Assembly (NCBI GenBank): GCA_964016885.1 | Contig: OZ024743.1 | Span: forward strand, 61,256,001 to 61,320,000 | From: Eledone cirrhosa | Lineage: Eukaryota | Length of the DNA: 64,000 bases | Reading direction: 5' to 3' | Shown here: piece after piece, positions 29,491 to 40,479 of the stretch | How positions within the stretch are numbered: position 1 is the stretch's first letter | Layout of the letters: each line of letters begins with the position of its first letter | Position numbers and translations under genes: made by a program | The notes under the pieces: model-generated | The model's database searches: none | What the model was told of the DNA's origin: nothing | What the model saw: only the letters and a program-made list of their open reading frames with translations

Positions 29491-29533
29491 GTTGCTAGTA
29501 GTAGTGGTGCTAGTAGTAGTAGTAGTAGTAGTA
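29191..29533. repeat. (TAG)n/(TGG)n trinucleotide microsatellite
   Basis: Direct observation. Confidence 0.99.
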
Positions 29534-29666
29534 AAGAGGATTGGTATTGTGGTGAAAATATTACAACAAATAAATCTTATGGTGTGACATAAATTTCCAA
29601 AGAACCACAAATAGAACTTTATTCATATGACAAGAAATGTCTGAGGACGAAACAACAACAGCAACA

Positions 29667-31172
29667 TAGAGGGTCAGACGCCATGCTTTCCAGCATAGTT
29701 ACGTCCCTTTACGTTCTGAGTTCAAATCCCACCGAGGTTAACTTTGCATTTCATCCTTACGGGGTCGATAAAATAAAGTACCAGTAATGCACTGGGTATT
29801 TGCTGGCCTTGTGCCTAAAGTAGAAACAATTATTATTATGGAGGTGGATTGGCAGTATCGGTAGAGCGTTGGACGCCATACTTTGACGCATGGAGTTACG
29901 GCCCTTGCCCTTCTGAGTTCAAATCCCGCCGAGGTTAACTTTGCCTTTCATCCTTACGGGGTCGATAAAATAAAGTACCAGTAATACACTGGGTAATTGC
30001 TGGCCTTGTGCCAAATGTAGAAACAATTATTACGGAGAAGAAGAACGAATGAAAGAATGAACAAAATAGAATAATGATTGTTTCTACTTTTGGCTGAAGG
30101 CCAGCAATTACACCAATGTATAACTGGTACTTTATTTTATCGTCCCCGTAACGATGAAAGGTACAGCTAAACACGGCGGGATTTGAGTTCAGAACGTAAA
30201 GGGACATAACTCTATGTTGCAAAGCATGGTGTCTGCCGCTCTACCCATACTGCCAATCCACAAAATAGAATAATAATGTTTTTTTTTTATATAGGCACAG
30301 GGCCTGCAATTTGGGAGGATGGGAAAGTCGATTAAATCGACCCCGGTGCGTGACTGGTACTTTATTTTACCGATCCCGTAAGGATGAAAGGCAAATTTAA
30401 CCATGGCGGGATTTGAACTCAGATCATAAAGAGTTGTAACTCTATGCTGCAAAGCATGGCGTCCAACGCTCTACCGATACTGCCAATCCACAAAATAGAA
30501 TAGTCATAATTGTTTATACTTTTGGCACAAAGCCAGCAATTATCCCAGTGTATTACTGGTACTTTATTTTATCGACCCCGTAAGGATGAAAGGCAAAGTT
30601 AACCTCGGCGAGATTTGAACTCAGATCATAAAGGGACCTAACTCTATGCTTCAAAGCATAGTGTCCGACTCTCTACCGATACTGCCAATCCACCGCCTTA
30701 ATAATTGTTTCTACCGATACTGCCAATCCACAAAATAGAATAGTCATAATTGTTTCTACTTTTGGCACAAAGCCAGCAATTATCCCAGTGTATTACTGGT
30801 ACTTTATTTTATCGACCCCGTAAGGATGAAAGGCAAAGTTAACCTCGGCGAGATTTGAACTCAGATCATAAAGGGACCTAACTCTATGCTTCAAAGCATA
30901 GTGTCCGACTCTCTACCGATACTGCCAATCCACCGCCTTAATAATTGTTTCTACCGATACTGCCAATCCACAAAATAGAATAGTCATAATTGTTTCTACT
31001 TTTGGCACAAGGCCAGCAATTACTCAGTACATTACTGGTACTTTATTTTATCGACCTCGTAAGGATGAAAGGCAAAGTTAACCTTGGCGGGATTTGAACT
31101 CAGATCGTAAAGGGACGTAACTATGCTGGAAAGCATTTCCAACCCTCTACCGATAGTGCCAATCCACCGCCT
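29667..31172. mobile_element. Cluster of seven SINEs (2 plus-strand, 5 minus-strand), including a 240-bp tandem amplification
   Basis: Seven cores; identical phase at 30481, 30721 and 30961. Confidence 0.92.
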
Positions 31173-33134
31173 TAATAATGAAATATACTCAGAAAAAGTT
31201 AAAATTAGCAATCAAATGATATATAGAGTTATTAATGAGGATTACATTACAATGACACAGCTAATATGTGACTGTTATCGTTAATGTATATCTCACACAC
31301 GAAGATCAATCTCTCTAAATCTCTACTAACAACTGTTACATCATCCACACTTTCATACACCTTATGATGGATATAGGAAATGGTCATCTTTTTTTATCAT
31401 CTTGAATGATTTTGTTCCCCTAGTAACGACCAGTATAGTTTACATGAAAACCATTAGCAGTATATGCACTGGAGAAATGTTTTACTGCATACATATATTG
31501 GTCATAAATACATGGGAAATGGGACATGCTGTCTTATGCCATATAGCAATCATGGTTACTAGAGGCAAGCTCTCAGTTATATGTGCCCTTAAAATATGCT
31601 TTCTTAGCCGCCTAATAAACCTCAGAACCGACTTCCTCAAGCTATATGGACAGTAACAACACACTGAGATGTAAACTCCCCTCAAGCTATAGGGACTTCT
31701 CCAGAACATGTAGACACCTTTTGGCCGGACCTCCCTCAAGCTATATGGGCAGTAACAACACCATAGGTTGGGAACTCCCTTCAAGACATAGGGACCCATC
31801 CAGGCTGAGCAGACACGATGATAGCCTAGAGATTGATTGTGACACAGCCTTTCAAATTTGGCCAACATCTTTATAACTTTGAGATTGGTTATAACACACA
31901 CATTTTATTTTATTTGAATCTTTATTTTCTTATTTTTCATTTATTTTCTAATTTCTTCATTTTATTGCCTTTTATTTCTTCATATACATGCCCCCCCCCC
32001 ACCACCGCCACCACGAGAAATGGTGGCAGGATGGATGCAGCCACACACAGATACTTCTAAAATCAGCAGCAGCAAGACCTAGGCTGACCGCAGCACCAAC
32101 ACCACTACCAAAATAAGGGTAGAGGTCAGATATACTTAACAATAGCAAAAACAAACACTACAGATAGCCTCATCCCAGAAATAATTTCTATAGACTCTCA
32201 CAACTGACCAATGGGAGGAGTTGATCTTACAAATCTTTCTAACTTTGAGATTGGTTATAACACACACACATTTTATTTGATTATCTTATTTTATTCTTTT
32301 ACCATCTTATTCCTTCTACCACTTTCTCATTTTTTTGTTTAATTATTTGCTTATATTATCTTATTTTCATTTTCTATTTTCTTCACTTTATTGCCTTTTA
32401 TTTCTTTATATGATTGCCCCCCCCCCCCCAACACCACCACCACCACCACGAGAAATGGTGACAGGATGGATGCAAAAATACACAGATACTTCTAAAATCA
32501 GCAGCAGCAAAACCTAGGCTGACCGCACCACTACCAAAATAAGGGTAGAAGCCAGATGTACTTAACAATAGCAAAAACAAACACTAAAGATACCCCCACC
32601 CCAGAAGCAATTTCTATAGACTGCTGACTGAGGAATGCTCTCACAACTGACCAATGGGAGGCGTGGATCTTACAAATCTTTCTAACTTTGAGATTGGTTA
32701 TAACACACACATATTTTATTTGATTATCTTATTTTATTCTCTGACCATATTATTCCTTCTACCATTTTATCATTTTTATCATTTTATCATTTTATCATTT
32801 TTATCATTTTATCATTTTTTTGAGCTGACTCCAACACCAACACCACTACCAACATAAGAGTAGAGGTCAGATGTACTTAACAATAACAAGAACATCCACT
32901 ACAGATTGCCTCGCCTCAGAACGAATTTCTATAGACTTTTGACTGAGGAATGTTCTCACAACTGACCAATGGGAGGAGAGGATGTCCTCAGACGCTGAAC
33001 TTCGTTTGTTTAAATTCATATGATTCCAGTTCCTCAGTGAAATAACAACCCAACCAGGAACTGGGCATATCAGAGTATTAACAAAGTTAAACACCTCAAC
33101 AACATGTGTACTCGTCTCTACCACACTAATTCGG

Positions 33135-33189
33135 ACTGCCTGAAGAGGTCACAGCCAAAGATGGCTGTCACCGAAATATATATAGCAGT
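33135..33189 (+). ncRNA. Type I hammerhead ribozyme (family A)
   Basis: actgc-CTGAAGA-ggtcacagcca aaga tggctgtcacc-GAAA-tatata-TA-gcagt. 5-bp stem I, long stem II, short palindromic stem III, AUA cleavage triplet; AATAAA immediately downstream. Confidence 0.9.
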
Positions 33190-34099
33190 AATAAACGAAG
33201 CCAAATTTTAAATATTTGACTTATTTATTTTAGTTTATTTTACATTACTCCGGAGTAACCAAACCAACCTGCGCACCTCGTCGAGTGCTCAAATCTGCAT
33301 ACTGAGGTGTTGGTATACAACCAACATATACTCAAAATTTATATATATATATCCAGGAAACAGTTTTCTATCTCCCTTTCTTCAACCACACGACTCAAAG
33401 CTTGAAACTCGATACAAATACTAAGTTTCACAAACCCTGATCATCACACATGGTGACAGCACAAATAACCCATCCAATCATTACGTATAATAGTTGCATT
33501 TATATGTAGAGGCCAAGTTACTGTTGTTACAATTGCATTTGTTGCTGTTGTAGTTGTTGCAATGAATATAATTGTAGTATTCTCGAGTTTTACTGTTTAG
33601 TCTGAGTAGGGATAGTGCCCATAATTGGTTTCAGGGTCTCCGAGACAGATGGAGAGATGAATGAAGGTATACTCATGTCGGAGACCTGGCCTGAATGCTT
33701 GCAACTGAGTGAACTCCTCTAAGGAGATCAAGTGTAAAAACAAAAACAAAAATAGGAGCTAGTTGTCAGATAGGATCTAGAAAATATTGTTTTCATTGCT
33801 GTTACTATCTACTGGCCGTAAGAGCAGTATTTAGACGTATAGTGTTAGTTATTGCTATTATAGTTGCAATTGTTGCAAATTCAACTGCTGCTGCTGAAAC
33901 AGCAGTAAAGGAATCGCAGAAAGACCTGTGACATGGGTGACGTCATTTTATTTCAGGAAATAACAATAAATTCCAATGGCCCAACCTAGAAACATCATAC
34001 CTTCAAGGAAAGCGAAGTTTTTTACTTTAATAAATAATAGTTAAATTATTCCCCCCCTCTCTCTCTCTCTTTATATGCATGTATATGTATATATGTATG

Positions 34100-34191
<92 letters not shown>

Positions 34192-34382
34192 TAGAAGTTA
34201 ATATGTCCAGGGATACTAGGTACCCCTAGAAATACATAGGTTGTCTATGATTCAAGGTTGTTCAATGGTGTTAATTTGATACACCAGAACTTTAATATTA
34301 AGATAAGCAGAACAAGTAAAATTCAATCAATTTTTCAAAATACATTTAAAAAATATAATATAAATATTTACCTCTTCTAGTG

Positions 34383-34464
34383 GCCCTTACTGATCAGTTT
34401 CGCTTTGTAAAACCTCATAAATCCGATGGATTTATGATGGAAAACCAAAGCTCATCAGAGAAGC
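34383..34464 (-). ncRNA. Type I hammerhead ribozyme (family B)
   Basis: Reverse complement of 34925-35006. Confidence 0.88.
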
Positions 34465-34924
34465 ATTTTCCCTTCCTAGGGCTAAACGTCCCAGGAACGA
34501 CAAAATATACAACCTCCTGCCAACTAATAAAGGTCTGAAAGGTCGTAAAATTGACCCGTATGTAAACTGGACCGAAGTAAAAGCGGGAAAATCAAAGACT
34601 TGCTGTCTACAATTACTACTAAAAAAATAGCAGCCAAGTAGAGCAACAGATTTGTTCTCAACGGACGGAGAAAAAGGTAGAAGTTAATATGTCCAGGTAT
34701 ACTAGGTACCCCTAGAAATACATAGGTTGTCTATGATTCAAGGTTGTTCAATGGTGTTAATTTAATACACCAGAACTTTAATATTAAGATAAGCAGAACA
34801 AGTAAAATTCAATCAATTTTTCAAAATACATTTAAAAATTTTACGACCTTTCAGACCTTTATTAGCTGGCAGGAGGTTGTATATTTTGTCGTTCCTGGGA
34901 CGTTTAGCCCTAGGAAGGGAAAAT

Positions 34925-35006
34925 GCTTCTCTGATGAGCTTTGGTTTTCCATCATAAATCCATCGGATTTATGAGGTTTTACAAAGCGAAACTGATCAGT
35001 AAGGGC
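34925..35006 (+). ncRNA. Type I hammerhead ribozyme (family B)
   Basis: gcttct-CTGATGA-gctttg..(tcataaatc/gatttatga)..caaagc-GAAA-ctgatcag-TA-agggc. GUA triplet and palindromic stem III. Confidence 0.88.
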
Positions 35007-35115
35007 CACTAGAAGAGGTAAATATTTATATTATATTTTTTAAATGTATTTTGAAAAATTGATTGAATTTTACTTGTTCTGCTTATCTTAATATATATAT
35101 ATATATATATATTTA

Positions 35116-36033
35116 TTACTTAAATATAAGTATGTACACGTACATACATATATGTATACAGACGTACAGTAGTATGTATATATATATACATACATGCACA
35201 CATATATATATGTACGTATGGATTCACCGAACATTTATTATAATGCTCGGTGTGTTTGTAAACAACCATCCCGTATTAAGCCGTAGTGTCCAGCAACCAT
35301 CGTTGCTCGTTTGTTCAACACTGACAAAGGAACGCTGTACTAGTTTCAAGCTTATTAGCTATCGTCAGCAACGTATACCTTCCTGCCAGATTGTTGAACG
35401 TATATACTTACCTTATGTATATTAACAGCTGAGAAGCGCAATTTGCATATCGAGTGGGTTAATCAGCCGGGTGCACCAAAAACGATAAACGGAAATAATG
35501 AAACGAAATTTCATTTCCCACTCTTAGTACGGCTGTTACTTAAATATAAGTATGTACACGTACATTCATATATGTATACAGACGTACAGTAGTATGTATA
35601 TATATATACATACATGCACACATATATATATGTACGTATGGATTCACCGAACATTTATTATAATGCTCGGTGTGTTTGTAAACAAACATCCCGTATTAAA
35701 CCGTAGTGTCCAGCAACCATCGTTGCTCGTTTGACGATAGCTAATAAGCTTGAAACTAGTACAGCGTTCCTTTGTCAGTGTTGAACAAACGAGCAACGAT
35801 GGTTGCTGGACACTACGGCTTAATACGGGATGTTTGTTTACAAACACACCGAGCATTATAATAAATGTTCGGTGAATCCATACGTACATATATATATGTG
35901 TGCATGTATGTATATATATATATACATACTACTGTACGTCTGTATACATATATGTATGTACGTGTAGATACTTATATTTAAGTAACAGCCGTACTAAGAG
36001 TGAGAAATGAAATTTCGTTTCATTTTTTCCGTT
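35116..36033 (-). mobile_element. 420-bp HHR repeat: 1.5 tandem units plus an inverted segment
   Basis: Unit starts at 35116 and 35536; 35732-36033 is inverted; flanked by (TA)n. Confidence 0.85.
35333..35373 (-). ncRNA. Minimal type I hammerhead ribozyme (family C)
   Basis: Minus strand cgttg-CTGACGA-tagct aata agctt-GAAA-ctag-TA-cagcg. Palindromic ACTAGT stem III; U-U at the base of stem II. Confidence 0.8.
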
Positions 36034-36058
36034 TATATATATATATATATATATATAT

Positions 36059-36251
36059 AACGAAGGAAATGTGGTAAGGAACCAGGTGGACCATAACGCA
36101 CCAAAGTACTCAATACTTAGAGTAGTAGAGTGGGTAATAGGAACTAGTAAGACCCCGACCGCTGAGCTCAAGCCGTTTCGACGGCTAATTCTGGGCCCAG
36201 AATTAGCCCCGTCGAAACGGCTTGAGCTCAGCCGTCGGGGTCTTACTGGTT

Positions 36252-36256
<5 letters not shown>
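36059..36256. mobile_element. Short element ending in a ~120-bp palindrome, copy 2
   Basis: Palindrome at 36137-36256 centred on gggccc; homologous to 21815-22015. Confidence 0.75.
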
Positions 36257-36330
<74 letters not shown>

Positions 36331-36766
36331 TTATCCAGCTATCCAGCTATCTGTCTATTGCTATCTCTCCTCCTCTCTCTCCTAGCCTCTCTAGCCGTCT
36401 CTCTGCCTTGTTGCATATCTCTTGTGTATCTTTTTTTCTCCCGAAATAACTATTTAGAAAAAACAATAGATATAAAACTATACAATTATTACAAGCATTT
36501 AAATATATGCCTGGTTTTACCTCAGTACACTCTCATTTTTTATTATTGAAAAACGAATTAAATATTATGGGACCAGGTTTCTTTTGTATGGTTTGGTTTC
36601 AGAGTTGTTTAAAAGATGTTTGACAGGTAAAAGATAAAATTGTAGAAAGAATAAAAAATGCAAAAGAACAAAAAATTAAACATTTACTACCAAGTGAATC
36701 CGTTCACTGTATATCTAGACACACCTTAAAGTAATAACAGAGGTGTATATGAAGACATATACGCTA

Positions 36767-39401
36767 TCTATATATATAAAAATGAATGTATGTTTCTTTG
36801 TTTGTCCAAAGATATAAACGGAGAAAGAGAAATCAACGTATATTCAAACAGAGAGTGAAAGAGCGAGTAGTCTGGCTGCTTTGAACCACTCCCTATAACG
36901 TATATTCAAACAGAGAGTGAAAGAGCGAGTAGTCTGGCTGCTTTGAACCACTCCCTATATTAGACTGTCTCTAAAGTTATAAACGGAGAAAGAGAAATCA
37001 ACGTATAGACAAAGAGAGAGTGAAAGAGCAACGTATAGACAAAGAGTGAGTGCTATAAACGGAGAAAGAGAAATCAACGTATAGACAAAGAGTGTGTGAA
37101 AGAGCGAGTGTGACATTTTTTTAATTAAAGATAATTTCAATAGAATTAGTATTCTTTCTTTAATTTAATATAATTTCAATAGAATTAGTAAATTCTCTCT
37201 TTAATTTAATATAATTTCAATAGAATTAGTATAGTGTCTGTTTCACATTACTTCCCTTCCACTCCCATTACAGGGAATTCTTTTTCAGCTAGCCCTTAAC
37301 TAAGTGCTGTAATTTGATATCTTCATTTCGTCTGTCCTTATTTTCCTGACCTGGACACATACGTGGACCGACATCATTCCAAGAATTGAGAACAGTAAAC
37401 GGTCAAGTATGTGCCACTTATCGTGAAGCTTGCCAAGAATTAAATCTTCTTGAAAATGATGGACATTGGGACACTTCACTCGCTGATGCATCGAATACTG
37501 CTCGACCAAAGCAAATACGCACATTATTCTCAATAATATTGACAACGTGCTTCCCATCAAATCCAAAAGATCTTTGGGAAAAATATAAAGACTACATGAG
37601 TGAAGACATCCTACATCGTTTGCGTGCAACAAATCAAAATATGAATATTCAATTCACACAAAATGTGTATAATGAAGCATTGGTTTCCATTGAGGTCATA
37701 TGTTTAGCAATCGCTAACAAAACATTGGTACAATTGGGAATGCCTGCGCCGAATCGATCTGTAAACGACATTTTCGATCGTGATTTGCAACGAGAAACAA
37801 ACTTTGATGTTGCCGAATTGGGTACATTTGTTCAAACGAATCTTCCCAAATTGCTACCAGAACAACGCATAGTATATGACCAAATGATGCAGGCAATTAT
37901 AAGTCAAAGCGGCGGATTGTATTTTATAGATGCGCCAGGTGGTACAGGCAAAACTTTTCTCATTTCACTTATTTTGGCAACTATACGATCAGAAAATAAT
38001 ATTGCACTGGCAATCACATCATCTGGAATTGCGGCAACTCTTTTAGATGGTCGCCGAACAGCACATTCAGCCCTGAAATTGCCATTGAATATGCAAATCG
38101 CTGAGACATCAACATGCAATATTACCAAACATTCTGGTATAGGTAAAGTACTCCAATCATGTAAAATCATTATATGGGACGAATGTACTATGGCGCACAA
38201 AAAATCATTGGAAGCGCTTAATAATACGCTAAAAGATTTGAAAGGAAATGAACACCTCTTCGGTGGCACACTCATTTTATTGTCTGGTGATTTTCGACAA
38301 ACTCTACCAGTTATACCGCGATCAACACCCGCTGATGAGCTTAATGCATGTCTCAAATCATCAGTTTTATGGCGACACGTACAGAAATTAACTTTAAAAA
38401 ACAATATGCGTGTACAACTACAAAATGACGCATCCGCTGAACGTTTCACAAAACAATTGCTGGATATTGGGAATGGGAAAATGGTAATCGATGATTCCAC
38501 AAAATGTATCACATTGCCAACAAACTTCTGTAGAATCACGGCAACCAGAGACGAACTGATTCACAAAGTGTTCCCAAATATTGCGCAGCATTACAAAAAT
38601 CATCAGTGGCTCAGTGTACGTGCTATATTAGCAGCCAAAAACACCGATGTCAATGCCATTAATTTCAGCATTCAAAACGAAATACCAGGCGAAGAGACAA
38701 CGAATAAGTCCATCGGTACTGTAATGAATCAAGACGAAATTATCAATTATCCAATATTCTTGAATTCACTTGATTTGCCAGGCATGCCACCGCACATTTT
38801 AACATTGAAAATTGGCGTGCCTATCATCCTTCTCCGAAACATCAATCCACCACAACTTTGCAACGGTACCAGACTTTCAGTGAAAAAGACGATGAACAAT
38901 ATCATCGAGGCTACAATTTTAAATGGAAAATTTAAAGAAGATGTTCTCTTGCCACGCATCCCAATAATTCCAACAGATACGCCATTCGATTTCAAACGTT
39001 TGCAGTTTCCGGTGCGACTCGCCTTTGCAATGACTATCAACAAAGCACAAGGACAATCGCTACAAGTGTGTGGACTAAATTTAGAAAATCCATGCTTCTC
39101 ACATGGAAAGCTGTATGTGGCTTGCTCACGCGTCGGTAAACCTTCTGATTTATTCGTGTACGCACCAGAAGGAAAAACAAAAAACATTGTGTATCCAAAA
39201 GCACTTCAGTAAAACAAATTAAATGTTCTTATAACGAATTTTCTTTAAATTCGTCAGTCATTCAGTCATTTAAAGATAAATGTTAAAATCTAAAAAATAG
39301 AAACTAAATTACAGAAGTTTTTAAATAACGATTAAAATGTTAATATTATTCTTTTCTAAATAAGCTTTTTAACACTGAGCGAAGCCGGGTAGCTCCGCTA
39401 G
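36767..39401 (+). mobile_element. Helitron, internally deleted (no Rep domain)
   Basis: A|TCTATATATATAAAAATG 5' end, internal minisatellites, 3' hairpin ctgagcgaagccggg and CTAG|T. Confidence 0.9.
37386..39212 (+). CDS. Helitron PIF1-family (SF1B) helicase, N-terminally truncated RepHel
   Basis: 608-codon open frame with DAPGGTGKT, IIWDEC, GDFRQTLPV, LCNGTRL, RLQFPVRLAFAMTINKAQGQ and LYVACSRV; the upstream in-frame sequence reads GPTSFQELRTVNG. Confidence 0.95.
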   Translation: MRTVNGQVCATYREACQELNLLENDGHWDTSLADASNTARPKQIRTLFSIILTTCFPSNPKDLWEKYKDYMSEDILHRLRATNQNMNIQFTQNVYNEALVSIEVICLAIANKTLVQLGMPAPNRSVNDIFDRDLQRETNFDVAELGTFVQTNLPKLLPEQRIVYDQMMQAIISQSGGLYFIDAPGGTGKTFLISLILATIRSENNIALAITSSGIAATLLDGRRTAHSALKLPLNMQIAETSTCNITKHSGIGKVLQSCKIIIWDECTMAHKKSLEALNNTLKDLKGNEHLFGGTLILLSGDFRQTLPVIPRSTPADELNACLKSSVLWRHVQKLTLKNNMRVQLQNDASAERFTKQLLDIGNGKMVIDDSTKCITLPTNFCRITATRDELIHKVFPNIAQHYKNHQWLSVRAILAAKNTDVNAINFSIQNEIPGEETTNKSIGTVMNQDEIINYPIFLNSLDLPGMPPHILTLKIGVPIILLRNINPPQLCNGTRLSVKKTMNNIIEATILNGKFKEDVLLPRIPIIPTDTPFDFKRLQFPVRLAFAMTINKAQGQSLQVCGLNLENPCFSHGKLYVACSRVGKPSDLFVYAPEGKTKNIVYPKALQ

Positions 39402-39479
39402 TGTTTAATAAATATACATAACTTTAGCTGCGACCTATTTATCATATGTTTATTATACATAAACGTATATTATATGAGT

Positions 39480-39863
39480 TGGATTGGCAGTATCGGAAGA
39501 GGGTCAGACAGCATGCTTTCCAGCATAGTTACGTCCCTTTACGATCTGAGTTTAAATCCTGCCGAGGTTGACTTTGCCTTTCATCCTTACGGGGTCGATA
39601 AAATAAAGTAGCAGTAATGCACTGGGTATTTGCTGGCCTTGTGCCTAAAGTAGAAACAATTATATGAGTGAAGAACGGTGGCTTGGCAGTATCGGTAGAG
39701 AGTCGGACACCATGCTTTGACGCATAGAGTTACGGCCCTTTCCAATCTGAGTTCAAATCCTGCCGAGGTTAACTTTGCCTTTCATCCTTACGGGGTCGAT
39801 AAAATAAAGTACCAGTAATACACTGGGTAATTTCTTGCCTTGTGCCAAAAGTAGAAACAATTA
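39480..39863 (+). mobile_element. Two tandem SINEs with a repeated flank ttatatgagt
   Basis: The flank recurs at about 39470, 39660 and 39861. Confidence 0.9.
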
Positions 39864-40031
39864 TATGAGTGAAGGTGCGTGGCTTACGGGTTAAGGTGAT
39901 CGGCTTACGATAAATTTACTTTAATGCAGAATAAGTAGAGCTGGTCTAAGACATTTGGATTTCTTCACATTTGAAGTTCTTTCACCCACAATTCAAATTT
40001 AACCGAAATTCATGCATTCTAAGATTACACC

Positions 40032-40269
40032 CAGTGACGTAGGCTGCCCTTCAGTTTGCCGATGCCACCCAAGATATTACATATTGCTCAATGACTCACT
40101 CTGAAATCTACATACATATATTTACTAGTATGTGAACAAACAATTATAATATTATGCTGTCGCATTAAAATAACGCTTATATGCTACAGCAGACCCCAAA
40201 ATGCTGCCCCCATATAAGTGTTACCGTGGCGCGCTGTCACCCCCTTGCTCCCCTCTAAATACACTACTG
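40032..40269. mobile_element. hAT-type MITE
   Basis: Ends cagtgacgta / tacactactg; perfect 8-bp TSD attacacc at 40024-40031 and 40270-40277. Confidence 0.85.
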
Positions 40270-40479
40270 ATTACACCAGTAATATACTGTTCCGGATCAG
40301 TTATGTGTATACTGGTTGGTGGATAGTGATCTTAGGATCGTGGTATTGTGTCATACACTCCCGACGGTGCAATCAATCTTTCAGCAAGACAACTTCTTTT
40401 TTCACGTTGCTCCAGTCCATTCAGCTAGAATATTCTTCGTTGGAAGAGATGGAAACCCAATACGCACCCATATATATAT

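Larger units (their letters stand above)
34189..35092 (-). mobile_element. 486-bp HHR repeat: 1.3 tandem units plus an inverted segment (Penelope pLTR/retrozyme-like)
   Basis: Unit starts at 34189 and 34675; 34838-35092 is the reverse complement; flanked by (TA)n. Confidence 0.85.
31811..35732. repeat. ORF-less multi-ribozyme cassette, copy 1
   Basis: Near-identical to 42436-46823; contains HHR families A, B and C. Confidence 0.95.

Noticed and set aside
29164-29610. Poly-Ser/Thr/Val ORFs (mucin-like)
   Set aside because: (TAG)n microsatellite; no splice or flanking coding support.
29641-29652. CTGAGGA-c-GAAA hammerhead-like core
   Set aside because: No stem II, stem III or stem I pairing.
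37386-39212. Host PIF1 gene
   Set aside because: Intronless, has Helitron-specific upstream motifs, and is enclosed by TC...CTAG termini.
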